Origin: Oceanispirochaeta sp.
Lineage (GTDB): Bacteria; Spirochaetota; Spirochaetia; DSM-2461
Direction of reading: 5' to 3'
Assembly: GCA_963663385.2 (NCBI GenBank)
Contig: CAXXXD010000001.1
Coordinates: 320,001-384,000, forward strand
Length of the DNA: 64,000 nt
The position numbers were made by a program, and so were the translations under genes. The notes beneath the pieces are model-generated. The model was not told the DNA's origin. It saw only the letters and a program-made list of their open reading frames with translations, and did not search any database. This document shows positions 19,759-30,538 of the stretch, in pieces (the first letter of the stretch is position 1; every line of letters begins with the position of its first letter).

Positions 19759-20052
19759 ATGAAGATTGTTATAAGCTATGATGTCCGAACCGATAGCCCC
19801 GGTGGAAAAAAACGCCTGCGTAGAATTGCTAAACTTTTGGAAAGTTACGGCCAGAGGGTTCAGTTCTCAGTTTTTGAATGTGAAGTTGATGGCGGTCAGT
19901 GGGTAAAACTGAAAAAGAAAATTCTTGATGAAATCAAAAAGGAAGACGATAGTTTGAGAATCTATAAACTCGGGAATAATTGGGAAAACAGAATCGAGCA
20001 AATCGGGATAAAAAAGCATTTTGAAATGACAAAAGACACGCTTATTTTATGA
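19759..20052 (+). CDS. cas2: Cas2
   Basis: ISYDV, RLRRIAK, GQRVQFSVFEC, DSLRIY. Confidence 0.96.
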   Translation: MKIVISYDVRTDSPGGKKRLRRIAKLLESYGQRVQFSVFECEVDGGQWVKLKKKILDEIKKEDDSLRIYKLGNNWENRIEQIGIKKHFEMTKDTLIL

Positions 20053-20215
20053 TTGTGCGAACCATTAGCTTACAGTTATCATTACTATTGAGTTAATTAT
20101 ATACACAATAAACAGTTACACGAATTTAAAAAGATACGTTGATATAAAAACTAGAGAAGGGTTCTTGCAAATAGAACATTATCTTCTTACAATACAGATA
20201 ATTATAAAAAGTACA
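20053..20215 (+). promoter_or_regulatory. CRISPR leader
   Basis: AT-rich non-coding 163 bp between cas2 and the first repeat; the degenerate repeat is at the opposite end. Confidence 0.8.
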
Positions 20216-23200
20216 GTCGCTCCCCTCGCGGGAGCGTGGATTGAAACATTTCTTTCAGGGTTTCCCTGTTTATGATTTTGAGTCGCTCCCCTCGCGGGAG
20301 CGTGGATTGAAACAACAGGAATAAAGACGCCGACGCAGCGTATAAACGTCGCTCCCCTCGCGGGAGCGTGGATTGAAACTTATTCTATTCCCATCTGCCG
20401 GATAAAAGTAAAGTCGTCGCTCCCCTCGCGGGAGCGTGGATTGAAACTGTGCCATCAAATCTACAACGCTCTGCAACGTCTCGTCGCTCCCCTCGCGGGA
20501 GCGTGGATTGAAACCCAGAAAGAGCAACAGAGGCTTATAGGGAAGCAAAGTCGCTCCCCTCGCGGGAGCGTGGATTGAAACCCGGAAAAACTACAGAGAC
20601 GCCTTGAACACGATTAGTCGCTCCCCTCGCGGGAGCGTGGATTGAAACAAACAACAATAAGGCTCGTGACGTGGACGCTGTAGTCGCTCCCCTCGCGGGA
20701 GCGTGGATTGAAACTGTATAAGAACTGATCGGTGCGTTTCGATTAGTTCGGTCGCTCCCCTCGCGGGAGCGTGGATTGAAACATAAGAGAACGAGTTAGG
20801 AATAGCGATCCTAATTGGTCGCTCCCCTCGCGGGAGCGTGGATTGAAACCCGTCAGGCCGATACTGTTATTGACCGTGGCCTAGTCGCTCCCCTCGCGGG
20901 AGCGTGGATTGAAACCGATTAGGTCGTCTGTGATCCAGTCAGGATATATGGTCGCTCCCCTCGCGGGAGCGTGGATTGAAACATCATTCCCACTCCCCAA
21001 ACACCGTACATCTCCGGTCGCTCCCCTCGCGGGAGCGTGGATTGAAACCTCGTCCATCATCTTCCTGATTTCATCCATAGGCTGTCGCTCCCCTCGCGGG
21101 AGCGTGGATTGAAACTTCAGACGGTGGGTAACAGGAACAGTCCTCCCGTCGTCGCTCCCCTCGCGGGAGCGTGGATTGAAACAAAAACATTGCCACGCAA
21201 TTCTGTCAATGTGCCGTGTCGCTCCCCTCGCGGGAGCGTGGATTGAAACTGATAAACCACGCCGGGGTTCGCCCCGGTTTTTTGTCGCTCCCCTCGCGGG
21301 AGCGTGGATTGAAACTTGTACTGGAAGGGAAAATCAAAGATATTGATAAGGTCGCTCCCCTCGCGGGAGCGTGGATTGAAACTCTGACTGGATTATCAAA
21401 TAAATACAAATCATGGAGTCGCTCCCCTCGCGGGAGCGTGGATTGAAACTTTTCAGTCCACCTCTCCGCCACAATGGATCACTGGTCGCTCCCCTCGCGG
21501 GAGCGTGGATTGAAACCTTGGAAGTTGGACGGATGCAGTGGCCTGTTATGTCGCTCCCCTCGCGGGAGCGTGGATTGAAACTTTTAGTCCTCGGATGGCG
21601 TCTATCATCGGGTCAAGGTCGCTCCCCTCGCGGGAGCGTGGATTGAAACTCTACCCTCTAGGTCTATTGGCACCGGGATATTGTCGTCGCTCCCCTCGCG
21701 GGAGCGTGGATTGAAACAGAACAGCCTATACAGGCACCAGCACAGCAGACAGGTCGCTCCCCTCGCGGGAGCGTGGATTGAAACTGGGAAGAGCACAGTC
21801 GCAAGAAGGATAAAAAAGGTCGCTCCCCTCGCGGGAGCGTGGATTGAAACTGGATTGACGACCGTGTGGAAGCCGTCCGGGTATACGTCGCTCCCCTCGC
21901 GGGAGCGTGGATTGAAACCTGCAAACGGAACAGCCGCAAGTGTCAATGTCACGTCGCTCCCCTCGCGGGAGCGTGGATTGAAACATTTCTTCGGCTGTTA
22001 GCATTTTATAGTAATCTGTCAGTCGCTCCCCTCGCGGGAGCGTGGATTGAAACTTTCTGAAGCTGTGCGTCCGTCAGGTCGGTGATTTTGTCGCTCCCCT
22101 CGCGGGAGCGTGGATTGAAACCCGTCAATTGACGTATTCGGATATCCCGTCGTATGTCGCTCCCCTCGCGGGAGCGTGGATTGAAACCCTGCCAATCACG
22201 AATTGTTCTTTCAAAAATAGAGTCGCTCCCCTCGCGGGAGCGTGGATTGAAACCCGAGAGGATGATATAGTCCGGCGTGCAGGATAATGTCGCTCCCCTC
22301 GCGGGAGCGTGGATTGAAACCATGAGTATATCGACGAACGCCGTGTATTCAGTGTGTCGCTCCCCTCGCGGGAGCGTGGATTGAAACCAGAATGGCGAAT
22401 GGCGAGCAACCGCAAAACCAAAGTCGCTCCCCTCGCGGGAGCGTGGATTGAAACGGATTCAATCCAGACATCAAGTCTTCCCCTGCCTTTGGTCGCTCCC
22501 CTCGCGGGAGCGTGGATTGAAACTTCGTAGAGATACTTGATAGCAAAATAGATACCTAGTCGCTCCCCTCGCGGGAGCGTGGATTGAAACATTTAATAGC
22601 TCTGTTACTTTTCTGCCAAATGCAGTCGCTCCCCTCGCGGGAGCGTGGATTGAAACTATAGCAATAACACGATTAGGAAACTAATAATGTCAGTCGCTCC
22701 CCTCGCGGGAGCGTGGATTGAAACAAATATGTCAAATAATATTTTTTACAGCATGCTTTGTCGCTCCCCTCGCGGGAGCGTGGATTGAAACTTCATATTG
22801 TGGCAAGTCTTCATTGTGAATTTGATGTCGCTCCCCTCGCGGGAGCGTGGATTGAAACCTTATTATTTTCGTAAAGTTCCATACTCCTAAAACTGTCGCT
22901 CCCCTCGCGGGAGCGTGGATTGAAACAGTCATACTGTTTATCCTTTATATTTGATCTAATATGTCGCTCCCCTCGCGGGAGCGTGGATTGAAACTGATAC
23001 AGTGAAGGATATTACGAGCATACTCCAACGTCGCTCCCCTCGCGGGAGCGTGGATTGAAACTGAGCTTGCAGCTGTTCCAGTCTCACTTAATACCTGAGT
23101 CGCTCCCCTCGCGGGAGCGTGGATTGAAACTGATTATACTTATCTGATATATCATAATAAAAATTAAGTCGCTCCCCTCGCGGGAGCGTGGATTGAAACT

Positions 23201-25004
23201 CTGTTCTCTCCATAAATAAATCCTTTAGTATCTAGTCGCTCCCCTCGCGGGAGCGTGGATTGAAACTGATTATACTTATCTGATATATCATAATAAAAAT
23301 GTCGCTCCCCTCGCGGGAGCGTGGATTGAAACATAATGGGAAGCATACCAAAAACAGGGACAATGTGTCGCTCCCCTCGCGGGAGCGTGGATTGAAACAA
23401 TGGTAGAACTGCTGTCCTGTAAACAGCGTATCGGGTCGCTCCCCTCGCGGGAGCGTGGATTGAAACAACGTCTTCTGACGCCATTTTGTTCCTGGCCGAT
23501 ATGTCGCTCCCCTCGCGGGAGCGTGGATTGAAACTTCGTCACCCGGGAGGGGAAAGAATACCAATTTATGTCGCTCCCCTCGCGGGAGCGTGGATTGAAA
23601 CTTCTTCCTCCTTATACCATGAGATGCGCCACTCAAAGTCGCTCCCCTCGCGGGAGCGTGGATTGAAACTTAAAGATAAATGCGCAGGAGAGAGGATCTT
23701 TAAGGTCGCTCCCCTCGCGGGAGCGTGGATTGAAACCCGTTAACATCCCTGAACCAATCATCTACAGGAAGTCGCTCCCCTCGCGGGAGCGTGGATTGAA
23801 ACAATGCATCATTCATATCGTATTCTCTATTTAGTTTGTCGCTCCCCTCGCGGGAGCGTGGATTGAAACAAAGAAGGCGACCTAATCCAGCACAAAGATA
23901 CTGGTCGCTCCCCTCGCGGGAGCGTGGATTGAAACTGTTTCATAAATCATGGATGCTCAACGTTCAGGAGTCGCTCCCCTCGCGGGAGCGTGGATTGAAA
24001 CAAAAAACCGGGGCGTTCTGACCGTGAGGGAAGATTTGTCGCTCCCCTCGCGGGAGCGTGGATTGAAACACTATAAGAACATGCAGTTTATGTGGGCGTT
24101 GGAAAGTCGCTCCCCTCGCGGGAGCGTGGATTGAAACATAATGACTGTTTGGTCTTTATCTCTGTTTATCATCGTCGCTCCCCTCGCGGGAGCGTGGATT
24201 GAAACAAGTACAACATCACTCGATTCTTGATTGTCGATATGTCGCTCCCCTCGCGGGAGCGTGGATTGAAACATTTAATGGCCGGAACAGATTTCAGGAA
24301 TACCGAGGTCGCTCCCCTCGCGGGAGCGTGGATTGAAACAGGAAACCACTCCGACGGTAGCCTTTGAAAAAACTGTCGCTCCCCTCGCGGGAGCGTGGAT
24401 TGAAACATGCTATCAATCGTCTTGATGCCTTCGGAAAATCGTCGCTCCCCTCGCGGGAGCGTGGATTGAAACGAACCGTACGGGACACCAACAGTTCGTC
24501 AACGAGGTCGCTCCCCTCGCGGGAGCGTGGATTGAAACTTAGAGCATATGAAAGATCTAAAGAACTTCTTAATGTCGCTCCCCTCGCGGGAGCGTGGATT
24601 GAAACTCTGATTACAAATCAGGGAGAAGCGAGTTTTTTGGTCGCTCCCCTCGCGGGAGCGTGGATTGAAACATACATCCTCTTGGTGTTATGAGCCTTAC
24701 TTGCAAGTCGCTCCCCTCGCGGGAGCGTGGATTGAAACATTAAAGTAACTACAGGCATTACTGACTATAAGGGGTCGCTCCCCTCGCGGGAGCGTGGATT
24801 GAAACAATCCAGAAATCCCGGATCTGCTGGAATGCGCCATGTCGCTCCCCTCGCGGGAGCGTGGATTGAAACCTAATATTTATGTCATGCTGGACGACTG
24901 AAATTCGTCGCTCCCCTCGCGGGAGCGTGGATTGAAACATACCCGCCCTCATACAGGATTGATTCATCGTCTGTCGCTCCCCACGCGGGAGCGTGGATTT
25001 AACC
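20216..25004 (+). CRISPR. Type I-C CRISPR array, 72 repeats / 71 spacers (manual count)
   Basis: 32-bp repeat GTCGCTCCCCTCGCGGGAGCGTGGATTGAAAC with 33-37-bp spacers; terminal repeat 24973-25004 degenerate (GTCGCTCCCCACGCGGGAGCGTGGATTTAACC). Confidence 0.99.
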
Positions 25005-25129
25005 CACAACGGGTGATCCTCCAGCACTATAATATGGGATTTATATATTATTCGAAATCAACATGCTTCAGTCAATAACAACTATAAATAACCAGTTTTC
25101 TGAAGTTTCCGAATGACTTAATACAACAA

Positions 25130-25179
25130 TTGACTTGCAGTAACATCCGGAATACAATTGTACTTTAAGTTGTACAATT
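25130..25179 (+). promoter_or_regulatory. Sigma70 promoter and autoregulatory operator of the TA operon
   Basis: TTGACT(25130-35)-17 bp-TACAAT(25153-58); TGTACT(25159) and TGTACA(25171) 12 bp apart inside AATTGTAC-N8-GTACAATT. Confidence 0.8.
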
Positions 25180-25191
25180 AAGAGGTTCTTT

Positions 25192-25446
25192 ATGAGAACA
25201 GTAAGCTTTTCTGAAGCAAGAAGCCATTTTAAGAGCGTATGTGATGATGTAGCACATGATGTAGAAGAAACAGTAATTACCAGAAGGAATGCTGATGACC
25301 TCGTATTGATGTCCCTGGAGCAATATAATGCCCTTCAGGAAAGAGCCTACCTTACCAGAAATCCGATAGATGCCAAAATCCTGATGGATGCCATAGAAGA
25401 ACTGGAAGCCGGACGGGGACAGGAACACAACTTAATTGAACCGTAG
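25192..25446 (+). CDS. yefM: Phd/YefM antitoxin
   Basis: MRTVSFSEARSHF, VITRR, VLMSLEQYNALQERAYL. Confidence 0.92.
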   Translation: MRTVSFSEARSHFKSVCDDVAHDVEETVITRRNADDLVLMSLEQYNALQERAYLTRNPIDAKILMDAIEELEAGRGQEHNLIEP

Positions 25447-25702
25447 GATTGTATGGGCCGGCAGCGCCTGGGAGGATTACCTCTACTGGCAGAAAAAAGA
25501 TAAAAAAATATTGGCAAAGATAAACAGTTTAATCAAAGAAACAGCTCGAGAAATCAGCACGCCTAAAGGAACAGGAAAGGCCGAAATCCTGAAAAACTGG
25601 CCGGAATACCGTTCCAAAAGAATCACTCATGAACATCGGCTCGTTTATAAACTGACAGAAACCGATCTCCTTATTGCCAAATGCAGAGAACATTACATAT
25701 AA
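25436..25702 (+). CDS. yoeB: Txe/YoeB-family toxin
   Basis: AWEDYLYWQKKDKK, GTGKAEILK, SKRITHEHRLVY, CREHY; overlaps the antitoxin stop. Confidence 0.92.
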   Translation: MNRRIVWAGSAWEDYLYWQKKDKKILAKINSLIKETAREISTPKGTGKAEILKNWPEYRSKRITHEHRLVYKLTETDLLIAKCREHYI

Positions 25703-25803
25703 TAACCCGATAATAATTAAAACAGTTTTTTTGTTTCAGTCTCGACGTTGTGACTTTCATATAAATTTTTTCATATAAATTTATAGAAAAAGCGGAAAGC
25801 ACA

Positions 25804-26784
25804 CTACGCGCTTTTCGAAAACCCCTTGATAATCCGGGTCAGATAGAGCTGAAAAGCAATAACCTGCAGCTCTTTTTTAAGCTCCCTCAGACTCCTGTCC
25901 AGAGCTTCCCCGTGCTGCTGGACCAGTTCCAGTTCCTCCAGGGTATACTTCCTGAGCCCTTCGCTGGTAATCCTCTGATTTTTCTTACCCCGTACATCAT
26001 AGGTCTGAAAGGCGGTCTGCAGGGTTTCCCCTTCGGAAACAGCCGTTTTAACACGCAGCAGACGGCGGACCTGTCTGAGGAACCCGCTGATCAGATAGAC
26101 CGGATCAACCTCCCCGGAAAGGGTGATTTTGGAAAAAACCTCCAGAGACGAGTTCAGGTCCTTCAGCAGGATCTTTTCGAAGAGAGTAAAAACATTCTCG
26201 TCCTTGCTGTGGTAGACAAAGTTGTCGATATCCTCTTCGGTGATAACATCGCCGATATTGAAGTAAAAGGAGAGCCTGCCGCAGGCCACCTTGAGATCAT
26301 TCGTGTTGTTCTCGACCATCTCCAGCAGCATATCCACCGCATCGGGCTGAATCTTCATCCCCTGATCGGAAAAGAACTTGAATATCCAGCTTTTTTTCTG
26401 ATTGTCAAACATCTCCCAGAAGATCTTTTTCTGGGCAGCCGGCACTATTTTATCAACCCGTTTATCGATTGAAACCGAATCGCTTACCAGTATAAGGGTG
26501 ACATCCTCGGGCATCTTTTTGCAGAACTGATTCAGCTGTTTGATCTCCTGGACCTTTTTCAGTTCTTCCACATTGTTTATCACCGCGATTTTATGGGACG
26601 AAAAGAGCGACCCGTTTCGGAGAATGGAAATAACCTGGCTCATTTCGGAATCAAAGGGATAGAATTTGTGGGATTCCGGTTCTTCTCCCAGCTTTTTTTT
26701 CAGAGACTGGCGGATATTTTTTATAAACTGATCTTTCTGACCCTTCTCGGGCCCCAGCAGGAGAAAAAGTTGTTTATCAGCCAT
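25804..26784 (-). CDS. holA: DNA polymerase III delta subunit
   Basis: LFLLLGPE, SLFSSHKI, ITEEDI...ENVFTLFE; 326 aa. Confidence 0.85.
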   Translation of the reverse strand: MADKQLFLLLGPEKGQKDQFIKNIRQSLKKKLGEEPESHKFYPFDSEMSQVISILRNGSLFSSHKIAVINNVEELKKVQEIKQLNQFCKKMPEDVTLILVSDSVSIDKRVDKIVPAAQKKIFWEMFDNQKKSWIFKFFSDQGMKIQPDAVDMLLEMVENNTNDLKVACGRLSFYFNIGDVITEEDIDNFVYHSKDENVFTLFEKILLKDLNSSLEVFSKITLSGEVDPVYLISGFLRQVRRLLRVKTAVSEGETLQTAFQTYDVRGKKNQRITSEGLRKYTLEELELVQQHGEALDRSLRELKKELQVIAFQLYLTRIIKGFSKSA

Positions 26785-27379
26785 ATTGCCTGATGATTGT
26801 TATTAGTTTTCCCAGAATTCTGGCATCCTGAGTGAATATGGAAGGGTACGCGCTGTTTTCCGCCTGCAGACGTATCCTGTTTTTTTCCTTGAAGAAGCGT
26901 TTAAGTGTTACAGCATCATCCACCATAGCAACCACAATCTCCCCGTTTTCTGCAACCGGCTGCTGAACAAAAACAGCCAGGTCCCCGTCAAAAATACCGG
27001 CACCGATCATACTCTCCCCTTCTACCCTCAGAGCAAAGAGGTTTCCTTTCCGCAGGACATCCATAGGAAGGGAGACAGCACCGTCGTAGTTCTCTTCCGC
27101 AAACAGAGGAAGACCTGCCGCAACATTACCCAGAATAGGGATTTTACGGGTTTCATCCGCAACATCCTCATCCGGAACAAGGGTTATGGCTCTGGATTTG
27201 TTATGACTGATGGCAATAACCTGTTTTTTTTCCAGCGCCTTTACGTGATCGTAAGCGCCTTTAACGGAAATTCCGAAATAGCGGCCAATCTCCCGTATAG
27301 CCGGAGGATACTGATTATCCTGAATATAATCACGGATAAACTGGAGAATTTCATTCTGCCTTTTTGTCAGGGTCTTCAT
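26777..27379 (-). CDS. lexA: LexA repressor
   Basis: LTKRQNEIL...YPPAIREI HTH; GNVAAGLP Ala-Gly cleavage site; GESM Ser; VTLKRF Lys. Confidence 0.93.
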   Translation of the reverse strand: MKTLTKRQNEILQFIRDYIQDNQYPPAIREIGRYFGISVKGAYDHVKALEKKQVIAISHNKSRAITLVPDEDVADETRKIPILGNVAAGLPLFAEENYDGAVSLPMDVLRKGNLFALRVEGESMIGAGIFDGDLAVFVQQPVAENGEIVVAMVDDAVTLKRFFKEKNRIRLQAENSAYPSIFTQDARILGKLITIIRQYG

Positions 27380-28737
27380 TTCTTGATTTCCAATCCGAAC
27401 TTTTTTATCTTGCTATGCAGGTTACTGGGATAGATGCCTAGGTCCTGAGCAGTCCGGGCTATATTATACCCGTTTGACTCAAGCCGATCCTTCAGAATCT
27501 CCCTTTCAAACAGTTCTTTTCCTTCGTTCAATTTCATCTTTCCGAATTTTTCCAGCAGAGGAGACTTCCGGACGACTTTCTTCTCGCCCAGGTACTTCTG
27601 AACCGTCTCAAGAGAGATTTCCTCTCCATCTGACATAATATTAATTCTTTCAATGAAATTTTTCAATTCCCTGATGTTCCCGGGCCAGCTGTAATTCAGC
27701 ATTTCTTCCAGTCCTTCGGGAGAGATATTCTTAACCGGTCCATCCTTTGGCTTAAAATGGGACATGAAGTACTCGACCAGCAGAGGGATATCCCCGATTC
27801 TTTCCTTCAGGGACGGGACATTGATAGGAACGACATTCAGACGGAAATAGAGGTCCTCCCTGAACCTTCCGGCTTCAATCTCCCGTAAAATATCCTTATT
27901 GGTAGCCGTAACAATACGGACATCCACCGTAATGGATTCGATGCCGCCAATCCGGTCAAATGTCAGCTCCTGAATGGCACGCAGGACCTTGGCCTGGGCG
28001 GCCAGCGACATATCCGCCACCTCATCCAGAAACAGGGTTCCTCCGTCTGCCAGTTCAAACTTACCCTTTTTTGCTCCAACCGCGCCTGTAAAAGCGCCCT
28101 TCTCATGGCCGAACAACTCGCTCTCTATCAGATTTTCCGGTATGGCAGCACAATTGATCTCTACAAAGGGACCGTTGCGTCTGCTGCTGTTGTTATGGAT
28201 GGCACGGGCCACCAGCTCCTTCCCTGTTCCGTTTTCTCCCAGAATAAGAACTCTGGCATCTGAAGAGGCGCTCTGGTTGATTATATCCCGAATCCTGCGG
28301 ATTCCCGCGCTCTCCCCGATCATCCTGTCTTCTACAACAGCGCTGTTTTTAAGAGATCGGTTTTCCTTCCGCAATTTCTCCAGCTCCAGGGCATTGCGGG
28401 TCAGGGTAAGAACTTTAGTTATATCCAGAGGCTTTTCCAGAAAGTCAAAAGCTCCGATTTTAATGGCTTTAACAGCCAGATCGACATTGGCGTGGCCGGA
28501 GATAAGAATAACCGAAACAACCGGGTAATCCTCTTTAATATGCTTAAGAACATCCACACCGCCCATGTGAGGCAGCCAGACATCCAGGAAAACCAGGTCC
28601 ACCACTTCGGTCTTCATTAGATGAAGTCCTTCGATCCCGTCTTTAGCTTCCAGAACTTCATAGCCTTCATCCTCCAGAATATCCTTCAGGACTTCCCGGA
28701 TAGAGGCTTCATCATCAATTATCAGAATTCGTTCCAT
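27376..28737 (-). CDS. Sigma54-dependent response regulator (NtrX/NtrC family)
   Basis: Receiver domain, GENGTGKE, ESELFGHEKGAFTGA, FREDLYFRL, WPGNIREL, Fis-type HTH. Confidence 0.93.
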   Translation of the reverse strand: MERILIIDDEASIREVLKDILEDEGYEVLEAKDGIEGLHLMKTEVVDLVFLDVWLPHMGGVDVLKHIKEDYPVVSVILISGHANVDLAVKAIKIGAFDFLEKPLDITKVLTLTRNALELEKLRKENRSLKNSAVVEDRMIGESAGIRRIRDIINQSASSDARVLILGENGTGKELVARAIHNNSSRRNGPFVEINCAAIPENLIESELFGHEKGAFTGAVGAKKGKFELADGGTLFLDEVADMSLAAQAKVLRAIQELTFDRIGGIESITVDVRIVTATNKDILREIEAGRFREDLYFRLNVVPINVPSLKERIGDIPLLVEYFMSHFKPKDGPVKNISPEGLEEMLNYSWPGNIRELKNFIERINIMSDGEEISLETVQKYLGEKKVVRKSPLLEKFGKMKLNEGKELFEREILKDRLESNGYNIARTAQDLGIYPSNLHSKIKKFGLEIKK

Positions 28738-30538
28738 TTAGTTCCTCAAAAGGCAGATCAATAAAAAAAGTGGTACCCTCTCCGACAGAAGACTCTACCC
28801 AGATTCTTCCCTTATGGTCAAAGACTATCCGTTCTACAATAGAAAGCCCCAGTCCGGTACCTTTTTCCCGGGTTGTATAGTAGGGATTGAAGATCTTTTC
28901 CTGATCCTCCTGAGCTATCCCCGGACCCGAGTCGCTTACCTGTATTCTACAGTAAACGGAATACCCCTTCTTCACAAGATCCGTACGGATGATTATTACT
29001 CCGTTTCCATCCATCGCCAGTACCGCGTTGGTTATCAGATTGTTGAATACCTGATGAAACTGGGCCTTGTCAAAACGGACCATCAGATCCGGCGGAACGG
29101 ATTCTGTCATAATGGAAAGATGGGGGTAGGAAACTTCATAGACTTCTGTCAGTTCCCTGAGGAATTCCAGAAAATTCCGTGATTCAAGAGCCGGCGGCCG
29201 CTGTCTGGCAAATTCCCTGAATTCAATCAGCAGGCTATTCAGGTTATCCACTTCCAGCAGAATCCGGTTCATGGATTTTTTAATCATTTCCCGGGGGAGT
29301 TCCTCTTCATCAACCTTTGTGAGGATACGCTGGGAATAAAGACGGATGGGGGTCAGGGGATTTCGGATTTCATGCGCGAGCCTCTGGGCAATCTCCTGCC
29401 ACGCCGAGACTTTTTCAGTCTGCAGGATTTCCCGTCTTGTAACATCAAGCTCTTTCATCATTGTATTAAAAGAGTCCGATAAAAAAGCAAAATCATCGTT
29501 ATCCCTTGTAAGAAAGCGGAAAGAGTAATCTCCCTCAATAACCCTCCGGGTTGCTTCTTCCAGACGGATAAAGGGTTTGATGAACCTCTGGCTGATTATA
29601 AGGGCAATAATAAAACCGAGAAAAAGCATAGGCCCCAGAAAGATGGAGTAGAACATAAACAGTCCAACCTTAAAGAGCCTTCTATAAGATGTGTACTGAC
29701 GGAATTTTTCTATCATCTGTGTCAGATTTCTGGCGTTTCTATCAAATGCTCTGGGGATAATCCGATAGATAACGACCCGGTAGGGCCTCCCCCGCAGCTG
29801 TATTTCTTTTAAATACCCGAGGATACTGAAATCCAACCCCGTTCTTTTGGGAATCAATCCCGGAGAAAGAGCAAGGAGATCTTTTCTGGAATAACTCAGC
29901 CGGGGATCTCCAAACAGAAGCACCTCCTCACCCGAGACAATCTGAATGCCGTCAATCCGGGGGTACTGTATTTTCAGTTCTTCCCAGACGGATTCCGGAT
30001 CTTTACCAATCCTGGACAGGGTAAGAGCAAAATAGGGACTACCCCCTATATCTTCCAGCTGCTTGTTCAGATCGAAATAATACTCCAGTGCGATATCCAG
30101 CCCGCTGTTCAGAGCAATTCCCACATCATCACCAAACCATTTATCAAAAACCATGTCGATAAAACGCAGGGAAAGCAGTGTCTGGGGGAGAGAAACAAGG
30201 ATTACAATTAATAGAATAATTATAATTATTTTAAAACGGAATCGATAGCTGCTGTGACGATCCTTCATTCTCATCCGGAGAAAATAGATACTATAGCCGA
30301 CAGCAATGAGAATCATAATCGGGATAATCATAAACAGAGCCATCAGGGTTCTGTTGTCACCCACACTTTCAGGATCCATTCCGCTGAGTATGCTGTTGGA
30401 AAACAGCAGCGTCAGAATGATAATAATCAGATAAAGGAGAACAACTGTTATAATACTGCCCTGGAGTATTTCCCGGATTCTGGTTTTATTCACGTTTGCT
30501 TCCGTTATGGAGTTCAATCCATTCAAACCTTTTAACAT
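28715..30538 (-). CDS. NtrY-like membrane sensor histidine kinase
   Basis: TM segments, HAMP, AWQEIAQRLAHEIRNPLTPIRL, DSGPGI, GTGLGL. Confidence 0.9.
   Translation of the reverse strand: MLKGLNGLNSITEANVNKTRIREILQGSIITVVLLYLIIIILTLLFSNSILSGMDPESVGDNRTLMALFMIIPIMILIAVGYSIYFLRMRMKDRHSSYRFRFKIIIIILLIVILVSLPQTLLSLRFIDMVFDKWFGDDVGIALNSGLDIALEYYFDLNKQLEDIGGSPYFALTLSRIGKDPESVWEELKIQYPRIDGIQIVSGEEVLLFGDPRLSYSRKDLLALSPGLIPKRTGLDFSILGYLKEIQLRGRPYRVVIYRIIPRAFDRNARNLTQMIEKFRQYTSYRRLFKVGLFMFYSIFLGPMLFLGFIIALIISQRFIKPFIRLEEATRRVIEGDYSFRFLTRDNDDFAFLSDSFNTMMKELDVTRREILQTEKVSAWQEIAQRLAHEIRNPLTPIRLYSQRILTKVDEEELPREMIKKSMNRILLEVDNLNSLLIEFREFARQRPPALESRNFLEFLRELTEVYEVSYPHLSIMTESVPPDLMVRFDKAQFHQVFNNLITNAVLAMDGNGVIIIRTDLVKKGYSVYCRIQVSDSGPGIAQEDQEKIFNPYYTTREKGTGLGLSIVERIVFDHKGRIWVESSVGEGTTFFIDLPFEELNGTNSDN

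Noticed and set aside
12172..20052. Absence of cas6
   Set aside because: Normal for type I-C, where Cas5 processes crRNA
20216..25004. Self-targeting spacers within the window
   Set aside because: No full-length match noticed by eye; an alignment search is needed to exclude it
20270..25027. Many short ORFs with repeated SLPSRERGLK, VSIHAPARGAT or FQSTLPRGER peptides
   Set aside because: Translations of the CRISPR repeat, not genes
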